Positions 41,965 through 55,669 of a DNA stretch of 64,000 bases are shown one piece after another (position 1 is the stretch's first letter; every line of letters starts with the position of its first letter). The notes under the pieces are model-generated. The model saw nothing but the letters and a program-made list of their open reading frames with translations, was not told the DNA's origin and made no database searches. Both the position numbers and the translations under genes were made by a program. The DNA comes from Octopus vulgaris (Eukaryota): NCBI GenBank assembly GCA_951406725.2, contig OX597822.1, positions 73,780,001-73,844,000 of the forward strand. The letters are read 5' to 3'.

Positions 41965-43686
41965 GCAAACAGTGCTACAGCTCCAAACAAAAGAGGGACT
42001 CATGAAAACCAAAGCCATCCCCATTAGAAGAGGAATATTCCAGGGAGACACGCTCTCTCCACTCCTTTTCTGCTTGGCACTGTCACCTCTATCTGATATG
42101 CTAAATAGAACTGGATGCGGATATAAATGTTACGGCAAAACGATCAGCCACCTTTTATATATGGATGACCTAAAACTATACGCTGCAAATGACAAACAGC
42201 TGGAAACACTATTAAAGACAGTTCATGGATTTACCAAAGAAATAGATATGAAATTTGGATTAAAAAAATGCGCCAAAGTAACCCTGAAAAGAGGAAAACT
42301 AGTTAAGAGTAGCAATGAAATAAAAGAATTAGACCAAAGCCAAACTTACAAATACTTAGGAATCCATGAACTAGATAAGACACAACACACACAAATGAAA
42401 GAGAAAATAAAAAAAGAATATTATAGACGAGTTAGATCAATACTAAAAACAGAGCTCAATGCTAAAAACAAGATAATAGGTATTAACACTTTAGCTGTCC
42501 CAGTTATAAGTTACAGCTACAATATCCTTAACTGGACACTAAATGAACTGACCAAAATAGATAGGAAAACAAGAAAAATAATGACAGGATCTAGGATGCA
42601 TCACCCAAAATCTGACATAGAAAGACTATATATATAACGTATAGAAGGTGGTAGAGGCCTTATACAGCTGGAAAACTACTATAAAATAACCACCATAGGA
42701 CTGCAAAAATATCTACTTCAGAAGGAAGGAAAACTGATACAAATAGCGGCAAAACACGAGCAAAACAAAAAACTGTTCTCAGTATTTAAGGAAGCTGACA
42801 AATACAAACAAGAAATCATACCACCTAACAAATATAAAGAAGAAGAAGAAGAAGAAGAAGAAGAAGAAGAAGAAGAAGAAGAAGAAGAAGAAGAAGAAGA
42901 AGAAGAAGAAGAAGAAGAAGAACAACAAAAGCTATAAAACAAATGAAATCCAAACTAAAACTAGAACAGCAAAGAACCATGATAAAACGATGGCAAGAAA
43001 AACCCCTTCATGGTAAATACTGGACTAAACTAAATGCAAAAGAAATAGACAAAGAAAAATCCCAGCAATGGTTGAGAAGCTCAGGACTCAAAGCAGAGAC
43101 AGAGGGATTTTTAATTGCAGCACAAGACCAAAGCCTCCCCACCAGAAATTACCAAAAACATGTAATGAAAAGAAATATAACAAGTAACTGCAGAATATGT
43201 GGAGATGGACAAGAAACAATAAATCATATTATCTCTGGCTGCCCAGTCCTGGCTAAGAAGGAATATATTCACAGACAGGACAGAGTTGGAACCTACATAC
43301 ACTGGAAGCTATGCCAACATTATGGAATAACAACAGAAAAAAGATGGTATAGGCACACACCAGAAAAGGTCACAGAAAACGAGAAAGCAACCATACTCTG
43401 GGATATGCCGATACACACAGATAGAGAAATTAAGGCCAACAGACCAGATATAGTTGTCAGAGATCACGAAGAAAAAAAATGCATAACAAAAATACCAGGA
43501 CTTACAAACACATATAACATACAGAAAATTGCACTACTAGGCACTGCACACATTCTACGCAGAACACTTTCCATACAATAACCATCAGAGCATCACAACA
43601 AATCACAGCACATACCCAAGGCACACAGAGCTGCGCTCGGTAGTGAAGTGAAAGCACGCTATAAAAAATAAAACTACTGAATAATG

Positions 43687-43758
<72 letters not shown>

Positions 43759-43909
43759 TCGAAAACTACCTTAGGAATGAGACCCCAGCTTCGAAATTTC
43801 CCCTAGACACCTGATGAAGGCTGGAGGATATACCAGCCGAAATGTTGAGTTAACAACAAAGAAGATGCGGACAAATATCCGTCAAATGTAAATAATATAA
43901 TGTTATTAT
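41759..43909. mobile_element. Hammerhead retroelement inverted pair interrupted by a Dong-like LINE
   Basis: Minus tail arm 41771-41852; plus arm = B-box remnant 41857-41880, (AAT)n, [LINE], (AAT)n, module 43756-43897; exact TSD taatgttattat at 41759-41770 and 43898-43909. Confidence 0.85.
41961..43681 (+). mobile_element. 5'-truncated R4/Dong-clade non-LTR retrotransposon (RT + CCHC + RLE), defective
   Basis: RGIFQGDTLSPLLF, HLLYMDDLKLY, YKYLG, GGRGL, CRICxxxxETINHIISGC and LWD...NRPDIVV motifs; stop at 42635-42637, frameshift at (GAA)n, deletion in the RLE; flanked by (TAA)n, the known Dong target. Confidence 0.9.
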
Positions 43910-44214
43910 GATAATGTTTTTTGAAACTTTTGTCTTATATAAACTACGTAATTTTTACTTATGAATCTTTGATTTTTAGTAATGATTATTTAATTTAATT
44001 TATGATATTATTTGCTATTTGATTAGAGATGATACAGTATTTTAAATATATTATTTTGCTATTTACCCATAAATAAATAGCGTATTGTTATTATAATAAC
44101 ATATATATGAAGAATGAATGGGTTATTTCTTGTTTTGCCATGGTTTTCTTATATATCTTTTAAAAATATTTTTTTGAATATTGTTCTTGGTATTTAAAAA
44201 AAATAAATAATGCC

Positions 44215-44455
44215 GAACATTTAAATTACGGGGACGTAAACACACTAGCATTGGTTGTCAAGCGATGGAGGTGGGGGCGGCCGAACATAGACACACAGAC
44301 ATACACACATATACATATACGACGGTCTTCTTTCAGCTTCCTTCTACCAAATTCACTCACAAGGCTTTGGTCGGTCCGAGGCTATAGCAGAAGACACTGA
44401 CCCAAGGTGCCACGCAGTGGGACTGAACCCAGAACCATGTGGTTGGTAAGCAAGA
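44215..44455 (-). mobile_element. SINE family A, partial
   Basis: Consensus match. Confidence 0.8.
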
Positions 44456-44534
44456 TTTTTATTTTATGACCGTTATATAGTTTATTTTTCATATTTTATC
44501 TTTGTTTTCGTTTTTAATTATTGACGCTCACTTT

Positions 44535-45475
44535 CGCCCTCCCCCAAAATTTCGGGGCTTGTGCCTAGGGTAGAGAAGAATATTTCTTAAGGTTAAGTCG
44601 GCGAGCTAGCAGAATCGTTAGCACGCCAGACGAAATACCTATTTCTTTATTACCCACAAGGGACTAAACACAGAGGGGACAAACAAGGACAGACATAGGT
44701 ATTAAGTCGATTACATCGACCCCAGTGCGTAACTGGTACTTAATTTATCGACCCCGAAAGGATGAAAGGCAAAGTCGACCTCGGCGGAATTTGAACTCAC
44801 AACGTAACGCAGACGAAATACCGCTGAGCATTTCGTCTGTTGCACGTTCTGAGTTAAAATTCCTTCGAGGACGACTTTACCTTTTATCCTTTCGGGGTCG
44901 ATAAATTAAGTACCAGTTGCGTACTGGGATCGATCTAATCGACTAGCACCCTACCCCAAAATTTCGGGCCTTTTGCCTAAAGTAGAAAGTTTACTCTGTA
45001 TTTCATCTCGTATCTTTTCGGCCTTATCTCACAAGTTTATTAAATGTATAAACATTTGTTAACGTGTCTGCCAGCTCACCGCCTTCATATTCTTTTCTAC
45101 TCTAGGCACAAGGCCAGAAATTTTGGGGGCCCAGTCGATTAGATCGACCCCAGTACGCAACTGGTACTTAATTTATCGACCCCGAAAGGATAAAAGGCAA
45201 AGTTGACCTCGGCGGAATTTCAACTCGGAACGTAAAGACAGACGAAATATCTAATTCTTTATTACCCACAAGGGGCTAAACATAGAAGGGACAAACAAGG
45301 ACAGACAAAGGGAATAAGTCAATTACATCGACCCCAGTGCTTAATCTATCGGCCCCGAAAGGATAAAAGGCAAAGCGACCTCGGCGGAATTTGAACTCAG
45401 AACGTAACGGCAGACGAAATACCGCTAAGCATTTCGCCCGGCGTGCTAACGTTTCTGCCAGCTCGCTGCCTTAGT
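44535..45475. mobile_element. Cluster of nested and inverted SINE family B copies
   Basis: At least four central domains in both orientations. Confidence 0.85.
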
Positions 45476-45944
45476 GGAAAGGATTATTAGAAGCCCCTGC
45501 CTTCAGCAAGATACAACAATTACGTCTTCCGTGATACTTAGAGAAGTTGTCGCATTTATGGCGTATGTAATTCAAATAATATACTTTGAATAAAGAATTG
45601 GAGTTATTTCATCTATCAAACTACCAAGGAACGTACATTGAAATCTACACATATCATGGCCCGGCGAATCTTCTTTTCAAGTTTACACGTACGTATCTAG
45701 ACTGAGTGCACAGCGTTGTTAACTGTCTTGAAATAGTTCTAATGGGAAACTGAAACCGCGAAGCAAACACTCAAAAACATCTTCGTTGTAAACATGTACG
45801 TCTCACCACGATATCTGCCATTGAAAGAAAATACTAGTGAGAAAATAAATAGCTGTTCAGAGATATGAATATTTTAACATTAATTAGATTATATTATATC
45901 TATGACACACGCCTGTACGAACACGAAACACACACACATACACC

Positions 45945-46004
<60 letters not shown>

Positions 46005-46176
46005 GACACAGTCATATATACATACATACATACATACATACATACAAACATACATACATACATACATACTCGCAAGTATATCTATCATAGGAAATGGTTT
46101 CTCTCCTGTAGACTGTGCTATGTTGGTGCACGTTGAAACATAACCCAACTGTGGGTGAAAAACGAAACCAGTGCGG

Positions 46177-46228
<52 letters not shown>

Positions 46229-46381
46229 GTGTGTGTGTGTGTGTGTGTGTTTGCGTGTTTGTATGGGCGTATGGGGCGGTTGCTAAAGTGTAAAGAATTT
46301 ATGGAGATGTTGGCGTACGTTTGCTTATCGAGTGTTCATATATATATATATATATATACATGTGTGCGTGCGTATGTATAC

Positions 46382-46412
<31 letters not shown>

Positions 46413-46413
46413 C

Positions 46414-46828
<415 letters not shown>

Positions 46829-47129
46829 TTAATTATATTGTACTATATCTATCACACACTCACACAAGTTGAAGTCATAATCAGCTTTATTTTTCTTCAA
46901 AAAAAGTGTAGTGCTTTAGTTAAATGTAATGACTTGATCGTTCAATAAATGTTTGACTAACCACTGTATTTTATATAACAATAATTGATACATGTTTATT
47001 GAAATATGTCTGTGTATGTGTATTTGCCTCCAAACTGAAGATGAGTATCATTCCCATGTTAAGAGATATCTTCTTACATGGAACCATTGGTAGCCTTGTT
47101 AATCCACAAAGGAAAACTATTTAGCCACC

Positions 47130-47510
47130 AATGCGGTGTTGATCATGCATTCTCACCGTTCGATATTAACGTACACACACACACACGTATGTATATATAT
47201 ACATAGGAAGCACACGCACGCAGACACTTCCGTGAAGAAACGTCTACGGAAATACCAGATCCGGGGAATTCACAGCACACATTAAGGCAACACAGCGGAA
47301 TAGAGGCAACCTTAGAATTTCTGAAGCCATCCTCATACACCAAAAGAAACCTAAGTTCAACAACAGAAGAGAGTTACAGGAAGCTAACTGATTGCTATAG
47401 CAACACCTTTCCGCGCATGTCCACTCCACACACGCTCACACACGCGCACATCAGCAACATTCGTTTATCTTCTTGAAAATGGGGTCATAACCCCGAAATA
47501 TTAAATACAA
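47130..47510 (+). mobile_element. Decayed Penelope-like element 3' end (GIY-YIG remnant plus hammerhead-like motif)
   Basis: Frames give YIGST and LRISEAILIHQKKPKFN; followed by TTGAAAAT-gggg(tcataa)cccc-GAAATATT at 47472-47502. Confidence 0.5.
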
Positions 47511-47608
47511 GGTAAGTCAGCATTAATTCATATATTTGTTTTCTTGTGATTTACCATGCATTTACTTCGCATTGTTTTGGCTTTACGATCCTTTATATAA
47601 TGTGTGTG

Positions 47609-47677
<69 letters not shown>

Positions 47678-47990
47678 ATGTATTTTTACATTGGACAGAC
47701 GGCTGATTCGTTTAAGAATTATTATCGTAGCCATGTCGCCAGCTTTAAGTTAATCAATAAGAGATATTCAACATCTTTCGCCGATTCTGTATGGCGACTG
47801 AAGGAAGCTAGAAGTACAGTATAACTCGGTCCATAGTAAGGCACGCGATACCATACAACATAATTTGTAGGAGAGGCCGTCTCTGCTCCGAAGAATCTCT
47901 GTTTATTCTGTGGACTAATAAGAAGATCATTAACAAAATTTTTGAAAGACTCTCGAGATGCCTACACGCATATAAATGTACTTTCGCACA
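47678..47990 (+). mobile_element. Decayed Penelope-like GIY-YIG endonuclease remnant
   Basis: YFYIGQTADSFKNYYRSHVASF...STSFADSVWRLKE, then after a frameshift YSITRSIVRHAIPYN...RLCSEESLFIL...INK..E.LSRCLH; typical PLE endonuclease C-terminal pattern. Confidence 0.75.
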
Positions 47991-48204
47991 ATGTAGCGGG
48001 AATGAATTACGAGTAACTGTTAACATAATTCATTTTAAAGTATGGCTGAATTAAGTTTACTTTTAACCTCCCCAAGTAGCTATTTAATTTGCCTTGTGAT
48101 CGTGAGTACATTAAGCCTAACGTACACGTATGCTCACAATTTCGCGTGTGCTTGTATGAGCGATTGTACTCGCGTCATGCAGCTTGCGCGAGGGCGTTTA
48201 TATA

Positions 48205-48612
48205 CTCTTTCTCTTTACTCTTTTACTTGTTTCAGTCATTTGACTGCGGCCATGCTGGAGCACCGCCTTTAATCGAGCAACTCGCCCCCGGACTTATTCT
48301 TTTGTAAGCCCAGTACTTATTCTATCGGTCTCTTTTGCCGAACCGCTAAGTAACGGGGACATAAATACACCAGCATCGGTTGTCAAGCAATTCTAGGGGA
48401 ACAAACACAGACACACAAACACACACACGCATATATATATACATATATACGACGGGTTTCTTTCAGTTTCCGTCTACCAAATCCTCTCACAAGGCTTTGG
48501 TCAACCCGAGGCTATAGTAGAAGACACTTGCCCAAGGTGCCACGCAGTGGGACTGAACCCGGAACCATGTGGTTGGTAAACAAGCTACTTACCACACAGT
48601 CACTCCTGCGCC
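48205..48612 (-). mobile_element. SINE family A, full length
   Basis: Consensus match. Confidence 0.9.
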
Positions 48613-49406
48613 TATATATTCATATTTTCGGTGATTAAAAAGAAATAATTGAAAATTTATTAATTTTCCATCCCCCATCTACCGATTTTGGCCGATGCTT
48701 TTTCTGCACTACGCACTTAAAAGCGATGGAAGAAGCCTTGAAGGTTAAAAAAATGGTTTTGAAAATCGGCGACCAGCATTACAGTCCCCACTTCCTTTTA
48801 TGTTCAAACAGAAAATGAAACATGATTTTAAAACAATAGTGAAATTTAAAAAAAATATTTTCATTAATCCCGCCTCACCGCTTCAAATTCTAAAATTTGG
48901 CTCTTTTTCGATTTTCGTCTTAAATCTTAGTTTTAAAATACGGACGGTGCGATTCTGAAATCGGCTTTTGTTTATAAATTCAAAATAATTTTCAGATGAA
49001 ATGGTAGATTTAAGGAGCATTTATCTGCTGTTTCTAGCACATCCCACGACCACCTGTTACTTTCCTCGTATCTTTGGTTTTTTTTAATATTTTTCTCCAC
49101 ATAAACACATTTTATGGAATGAGGATACAATGGTCCATTGTTGTGATTTAAACAACGATAACAAAAAAAAAATTGTAATTTAAATATTTAACCCCACCCA
49201 CATCAAGCGAGAGTGTGTATGTGTGTGTGTGTATGAGTGTGCGTGCGTGCGAGTGTAAGTAAAAAAATTTGCTAACAGAAAAGTATGCTATTAAAATAAA
49301 ATATCTTTCGCATACCTTTTTAAAATTGCTCTGTCACCCTACTATATGAATGAGAGTGAATGTTGTTATGTTTGTGGGTGGTTATGCACACATCCATATA
49401 CACACG

Positions 49407-49469
<63 letters not shown>

Positions 49470-49959
49470 AGCGTAAGCTATATACTTTTATAGAGAGTGA
49501 GAGAGAGTGATAAAAATGTACAGAGAGGGGAAAATTTACCACCAGAAAAACGAAAAATGAGTGATTGAAAGAGATCTTTTCTGTTGTCACAGATATTGAC
49601 ATTTCAAAATCAAGTGAAAATTTTCAAATGGGTGCACTTTTTCCTGCTGAATCCGAGTTTGGGAGTCATTTATTCCAGAAAACTAGAGTAGAAAAGAATT
49701 CTATAGTTTACTCTCTTTTCGGCCTTATCTCACAAGTTTATTAAACGTAATATCATAGAACACTTCACCCTAATTATTCTATTTTGATGTGAATTTGTGT
49801 TCCAAACCCCATACAAATAAGGGGTCCTCAATCATATTTTGCCTGATTTTGATTCCAGTTTTACTCGAGTGCTCCCTCATAGCCATTCGATTCTTTTATT
49901 CTTTTATCTGTTTCAGGCTTTGACTGCGGCCATGCTGGAGCACTGCCTTTAGTCGAGCA

Positions 49960-49962
49960 AAC

Positions 49963-50013
<51 letters not shown>

Positions 50014-50182
50014 TACATCGAAAATACCTTAGGAATGAGACCCCAGCTTCGAAATTTCCCCAAGACACCTGATGAAGGCTGGAGGGTATATCAGCCGAAA
50101 CGTTGTGTTAACAACAACCAAGATGAGGACAAATATTCGTCAATTGTAAATAATGTAAATAATATGCTTATTTGATTTAAAA
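49960..50182 (+). mobile_element. Hammerhead retroelement, single arm ((AAT)n + module)
   Basis: gacac-CTGATGA-A-ggctg..cagcc-GAAACGTT-gtgtt at 50064-50109. Confidence 0.8.
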
Positions 50183-52061
50183 TTTTGGAAACGTATATTT
50201 GGAATTTCCGTCTAAAACATTGAGAAGAAAAAATTTCGAAAAAGTTCGAAATTTTAAGTGGGGTGGGTGGGTGGGTAAAAAAGATTTTTCTTTTTTTTTC
50301 TTTGCATATTCGTAATCTCGACTTCTAAAACGTAGGGATCAAAAAATGCGTTTTTCAAGGAGAGGTGCGAAACTGAGTTACACCCTAAATATGCCGTGAC
50401 CACGAATGTGGATCATTCATTCATAGCGTGAACAGCGATGTTGCAGGGACACAACAGACAGGTGGGAGAACTACAGGCGCCTTACTGGCCACTCTCATTG
50501 TCTGTCTCTGCCCATCCCTCTGTTTCTGTCTCTGTCTGTCTGTCTTTCTCACTCTCCCTTCCTCTCTCTCAAACACACACTTATACACACATACGCACAC
50601 ACGCATGCACACACACACACACACAGACACACGCATACACACACAGATACACACCCATACACATACGCGCGCACACACACACATGCACGCACAAACACAC
50701 ACTCACACACACGCACACACACTCACACACGCACACACACACACACTCGCATGCACACATACACATACTCAAGCGAACACACACACACGCACACACAGAC
50801 ACGCATACACACATACACATCCATAAACATACTCGCGCGCGCGCACATGCACACACATACACACACTCACACACACACGCACGCACAAATACACACATAC
50901 ATAGACACCCATACACACAAACACACACACAAACACACACACACACATGCACATACACACACATTCGCGCATATACATACATGCATAGATATAACCACGA
51001 TTGAAACATTCTTCCCTATTTCTAAAACATGATATCGAATACACAAAACATTTCTTAACCAGTTCATCAACATGTGAATCCTGATAGGGGGCGCTGAATG
51101 CAATCTACTCCTAGAAATTCTTTCTTCTGATTCTATTTGACATCGGCCTGTCACCTCTGTCTCCTGTCTCCTAAGGAACAGTAAATGACCTTACTTAGCA
51201 TTGGACCCTTAAATTACCTACATATTTCACTATACGAACCTCTTTCCTCTGATTTCCATAAAATATTTCTCCTGTCCTTTTCGCACGTGTTATTGTTGTT
51301 CTAGTTTTTATCGTGTGTTTAAGTTTTTTTTTTTTTTTTATTCCACTGACATTAATTTATTTCGTCGGGAATGGTTAAACTTCCGTTCCTCTTGTTGCTT
51401 CTAATGCGGGTGTTGGTGTTGTTGTTGTTGTTGGTGGTGGTAGTGGTGGTAATGATTTTGGTGATGCTGGTAGTTTTGGTGATGGCGGTGGTGGTGGCAG
51501 TGTTGTTGTTGGTGGTGGTGGAGATAAGATTGTGATGGGAATTAAGACAAGAGGAAGTGAGATTTTAGTTACTGCTGTTTTGCCTCTGGTCAGTCTAATG
51601 TTGCGGTCAAGAATTCCTGGGCCTCGGTCGAGTAAAGAATGACTAGACCAAGATCGAGTAGACCTATTGATCAACATCACACCATCCCTGACCATCCCGT
51701 CTTTTAAATGTTATGGTTAACAATTAGTTTACTTCAGCGAGAAGTGTAAAGGCGTGTGACCAAGTAGTTAAGGTATTTCATCACGATCGTTAGATCGTAG
51801 TTTCGATACCCGGACAGGACGGGAAACCTCATTTCACGTTAGCCCAGTCCACTCAGTCGTAAATGAGCAACCCTACGATGAACTGGACTGGCGTTTTGTC
51901 CTCGATGGTTGTATGTCATGGAAACCAGGTAACCGGCTCTGTGAGTCATAGACACTGTTTCTAAACTTCTGTGCCCATGAGGGGATCTAGTATGTTTTAG
52001 TCACAAAATCTGCATTTTTTAAAAGGTAGTAAAAAATCTGAAAATTGATTATATTGATGTC

Positions 52062-52302
52062 GTAAAGATCACCTGCCAACATAACATGGCAGTCCTTGTT
52101 TAGTACGAATGTTGCTGTAATTTAGCCCCAGGTGACATCGTCTCCAGCTGGTTATACGACACGATCTGTGTCCTTATATTTTTCGAACTAGGACACAGAT
52201 CGTGTCGTATAGCGAGCTGGAGACGATGTCTCCTGGGGCTAAACTACAACAACATTCGTCCTAAACAAGGACTGTCATGTTATGTTGGCAGGTTATCTTT
52301 AC
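52062..52302. mobile_element. ~240 bp near-perfect palindrome (foldback MITE)
   Basis: gtaaagatcacctgccaacataacatg...tatacgacacgatctgtgtcct [loop] aggacacagatcgtgtcgtata...catgttatgttggcaggttatctttac. Confidence 0.9.
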
Positions 52303-52694
52303 TCTAGAGTACTGTTGCTGAATATCTTTCGTTGAGAGATTTACAAATGGTAATTTCCTAATATATTGATGCAGTTTTCCACGCTTATTCCTCTGAAGCC
52401 ATGAACACGTGGAAAAAATATCTTGGCTAAAATTACCCAAATTTTCCAAACTTTAATTCCAAATAACATCAAATTCTTTAATTTACGAGATAATTAGTTG
52501 AGCGTAGTCACCATTCAGATCTGCATCGATACACCAAATTTGAAAACAATCTGAGCAAATTAAAGGGTGCTGATTTTGAGACTGAAACAGACTAGATCCC
52601 TATGAGAAGATTTTGACTGCCATCTCTAGCTGATCGAGCGACCAAATGGAGATTCCTTTGTTGTTAATACTATTGGTTAGTTAGGAGAAAGCAT

Positions 52695-52900
52695 CGGCTG
52701 GCAGAATCGTTAGCATGCTGGGCAAAACTCTTAGTGGCATTTTGTCAGTGTTCAGAATCTGAGTTCAAATTCAGTCGAGATCGAATTTGCCTTTTATCCT
52801 TTAGGGGTCGATAAAATAAGTACCAGTTGAGTACTGTGGTCGATGTGATCGATTTACCCCCTCCCGCAAAGTTTCAGGCCTTGTGCCTTTACTAGAAAGG
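52695..52900 (+). mobile_element. SINE family B
   Basis: Consensus match. Confidence 0.8.
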
Positions 52901-53171
52901 ATATTATTGGTCAAATGGTGATCAGAATGCCGATAATAGTTAATTATTGGTTTGATGGTGAGTTGAAGAGGGTGATGACGTTGTTTAGACCAAGCTCTGC
53001 CCTGAGTACTAGATCTATTATTTACATTATTTACATTTGACGGATATTTGTCCTCATCGTGTTTGTTGTTAACACAACGTTTTGGCTGATATACCCTCCA
53101 GCCTTCTTCAGGTGTCTTGGGAAAATTTCGAACCTGGGTTCTCATTCATAAGGTATTTTCGATGTAATTAC

Positions 53172-53249
<78 letters not shown>

Positions 53250-53253
<4 letters not shown>

Positions 53254-53579
53254 TAGTTTTATTTTTATAGCGTGCTTTCACTTCACTACCGAGCGCAGCT
53301 CTGTGTGCCTTAGGTATGTGCTGTGATTTGTTGTGATGCTCTGATTTTGAAAGTTTCTCCATTTCTTTTAGAGACACGTTGTCATCTGCCGGTATTGATA
53401 CATCAATTAGAAAGCATATTTTTTCTTCATGATCTCTGACAACTATATCTGGTCTGTTGGCCTTAATTTCACTATCTGTGTGTATCGGCATATCCCAGAG
53501 TATGGTTGCTTTCTCGTTTTCTGTGACCTTTTCTGGTGTGTGCCTATACCATCTTTTTTCTGTTGTTATTCCATGTTGG

Positions 53580-53580
<1 letters not shown>
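53250..53580 (-). mobile_element. R4/Dong-like 3' fragment (RLE domain + 3'UTR), copy 1
   Basis: WDMPIHTDSEIKANRPDIVV...LIDVSIP...EKLSK; near-identical to parts of 43311-43681; lies in (TTA)n. Confidence 0.9.
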
Positions 53581-54126
<546 letters not shown>

Positions 54127-54621
54127 GTTGTTGTTGTTATTATTCAGGTCACTGCCTGGAATCGAACTCGGAATCTTGGGGTTAGTAGCCCGCGCTCTTA
54201 ACCACTATACCATATGTACGTGGGCACCTGATGAAGTCTGGAGGGTATATCAGCCGAAACGTTGTGTTATCAACAAACAAGATGAGGACAAATATCTGTC
54301 AGATGTAAATAAAATAAATAATGTAAATAATTTCTCATCTCTTAAATATAGAACTGTATTGTTAGATCTATGTTCAAAAGCGTTCCAGTTGAGACTGTCT
54401 CGATTTCTGTTAATGAAAACAGAGTTGGATTTGAGGGAAGTTTGCTATATCTAGCATATCGACTAGCCACATAGTCAGTCTCTCATTGACTTGTATATCA
54501 GACTATTTGTACCGCCACTGGATGAGTTGCCAACCAAGGCACGAAGAGCTCTACCTGAAATTCTCTACTTGTAAGCGCTCCGATCCTTAAAGTACGTTCT
54601 ATATTCAATATATATTTGTCC

Positions 54622-54990
54622 GTGGAGTCGCAATGGCCCAGTGGTTAGGGCAGCGGATCGTGGTTTCGATTCCCAGACCGGGCGTTGTGAGTGTTTATGG
54701 AGCGAAAACACCTAAAAGCTCCACGAGGCTCCGGCAGGGATGGTGGTGATCCCTGCTGTACTCTTTCATCACAACTTTCTCTCACTCTTACTTCCTGTTT
54801 CTGTTGTACCTGTATTTCAAAAGGCCGGCCTTTTCAATCTCTGTGTCACGCTGAATATCCCCGAGAACTACGTTAAGGGTACACGTGTCTGTGGAGTGCT
54901 CAGCCACTTATACGTTAATTTCACGAGCAGGCTGTTCCGTTGATCGTATCAACCGGAACCCTCGTCGTCGTAACCGACGGAGTGCTTCCA
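54622..54990 (+). mobile_element. SINE family C variant
   Basis: tRNA-like head tggcccagtggttagggcagcgg...gtttcgattcc. Confidence 0.75.
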
Positions 54991-55380
54991 CCATATATTT
55001 GTCTAATAATCCTTTCTACTAAAGGCACAAGTGGGGAGCGAGGCTAATTTTCAGATGGTACTTAGTTCATCGACCCCGAAAGTTGATTTTGGCGGAATTT
55101 GAACTCAGAACGTAAAGCCGGAAGAAATACTGCTAATCAATTTTTTTCCGGCGTACAAACGATTATGCCAGCTCGCCGCCTTAGATTTGTCTTTTAATGG
55201 TTTCAAATTTTGCCACAAGGGCAGCCATTTTTTGGGAGGGAATGAGGCGATTACAACGACCCCAGTGTTCAACTGGTACTTATTTTATCAACCCCGAAAG
55301 GATGAAAGGCAAAGTCGACCTCGGCGAAATTTGAACACATTTGTCAAATAATAATAACAGTAAATAACTAAACACATATA

Positions 55381-55451
<71 letters not shown>

Positions 55452-55466
55452 ATGCGTGTGAGTGTA

Positions 55467-55669
55467 TACGAAGGAGTACTAAACAGTTCCTGGTTTTAAG
55501 AGTGTCGCGAAAGGCCTTGTTGGAAGCCCAATCTTCTGAGCTTTTTTTTTACAGGGCTTACAAAAACTGAAGGACCGCTGCAATAGGTGTGTGGATCTGC
55601 GACGGCAAATGTTAAATACGTAAAATCATAATTAACTGATCCTCTTATTTTTTTCAATATGCCCTCGTA
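55467..55669 (+). mobile_element. Mariner-derived non-autonomous element
   Basis: tacga.../...tcgta ends; frame QGLQKLKDRCNRCVDLR; homologous to 26445-26667. Confidence 0.65.
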
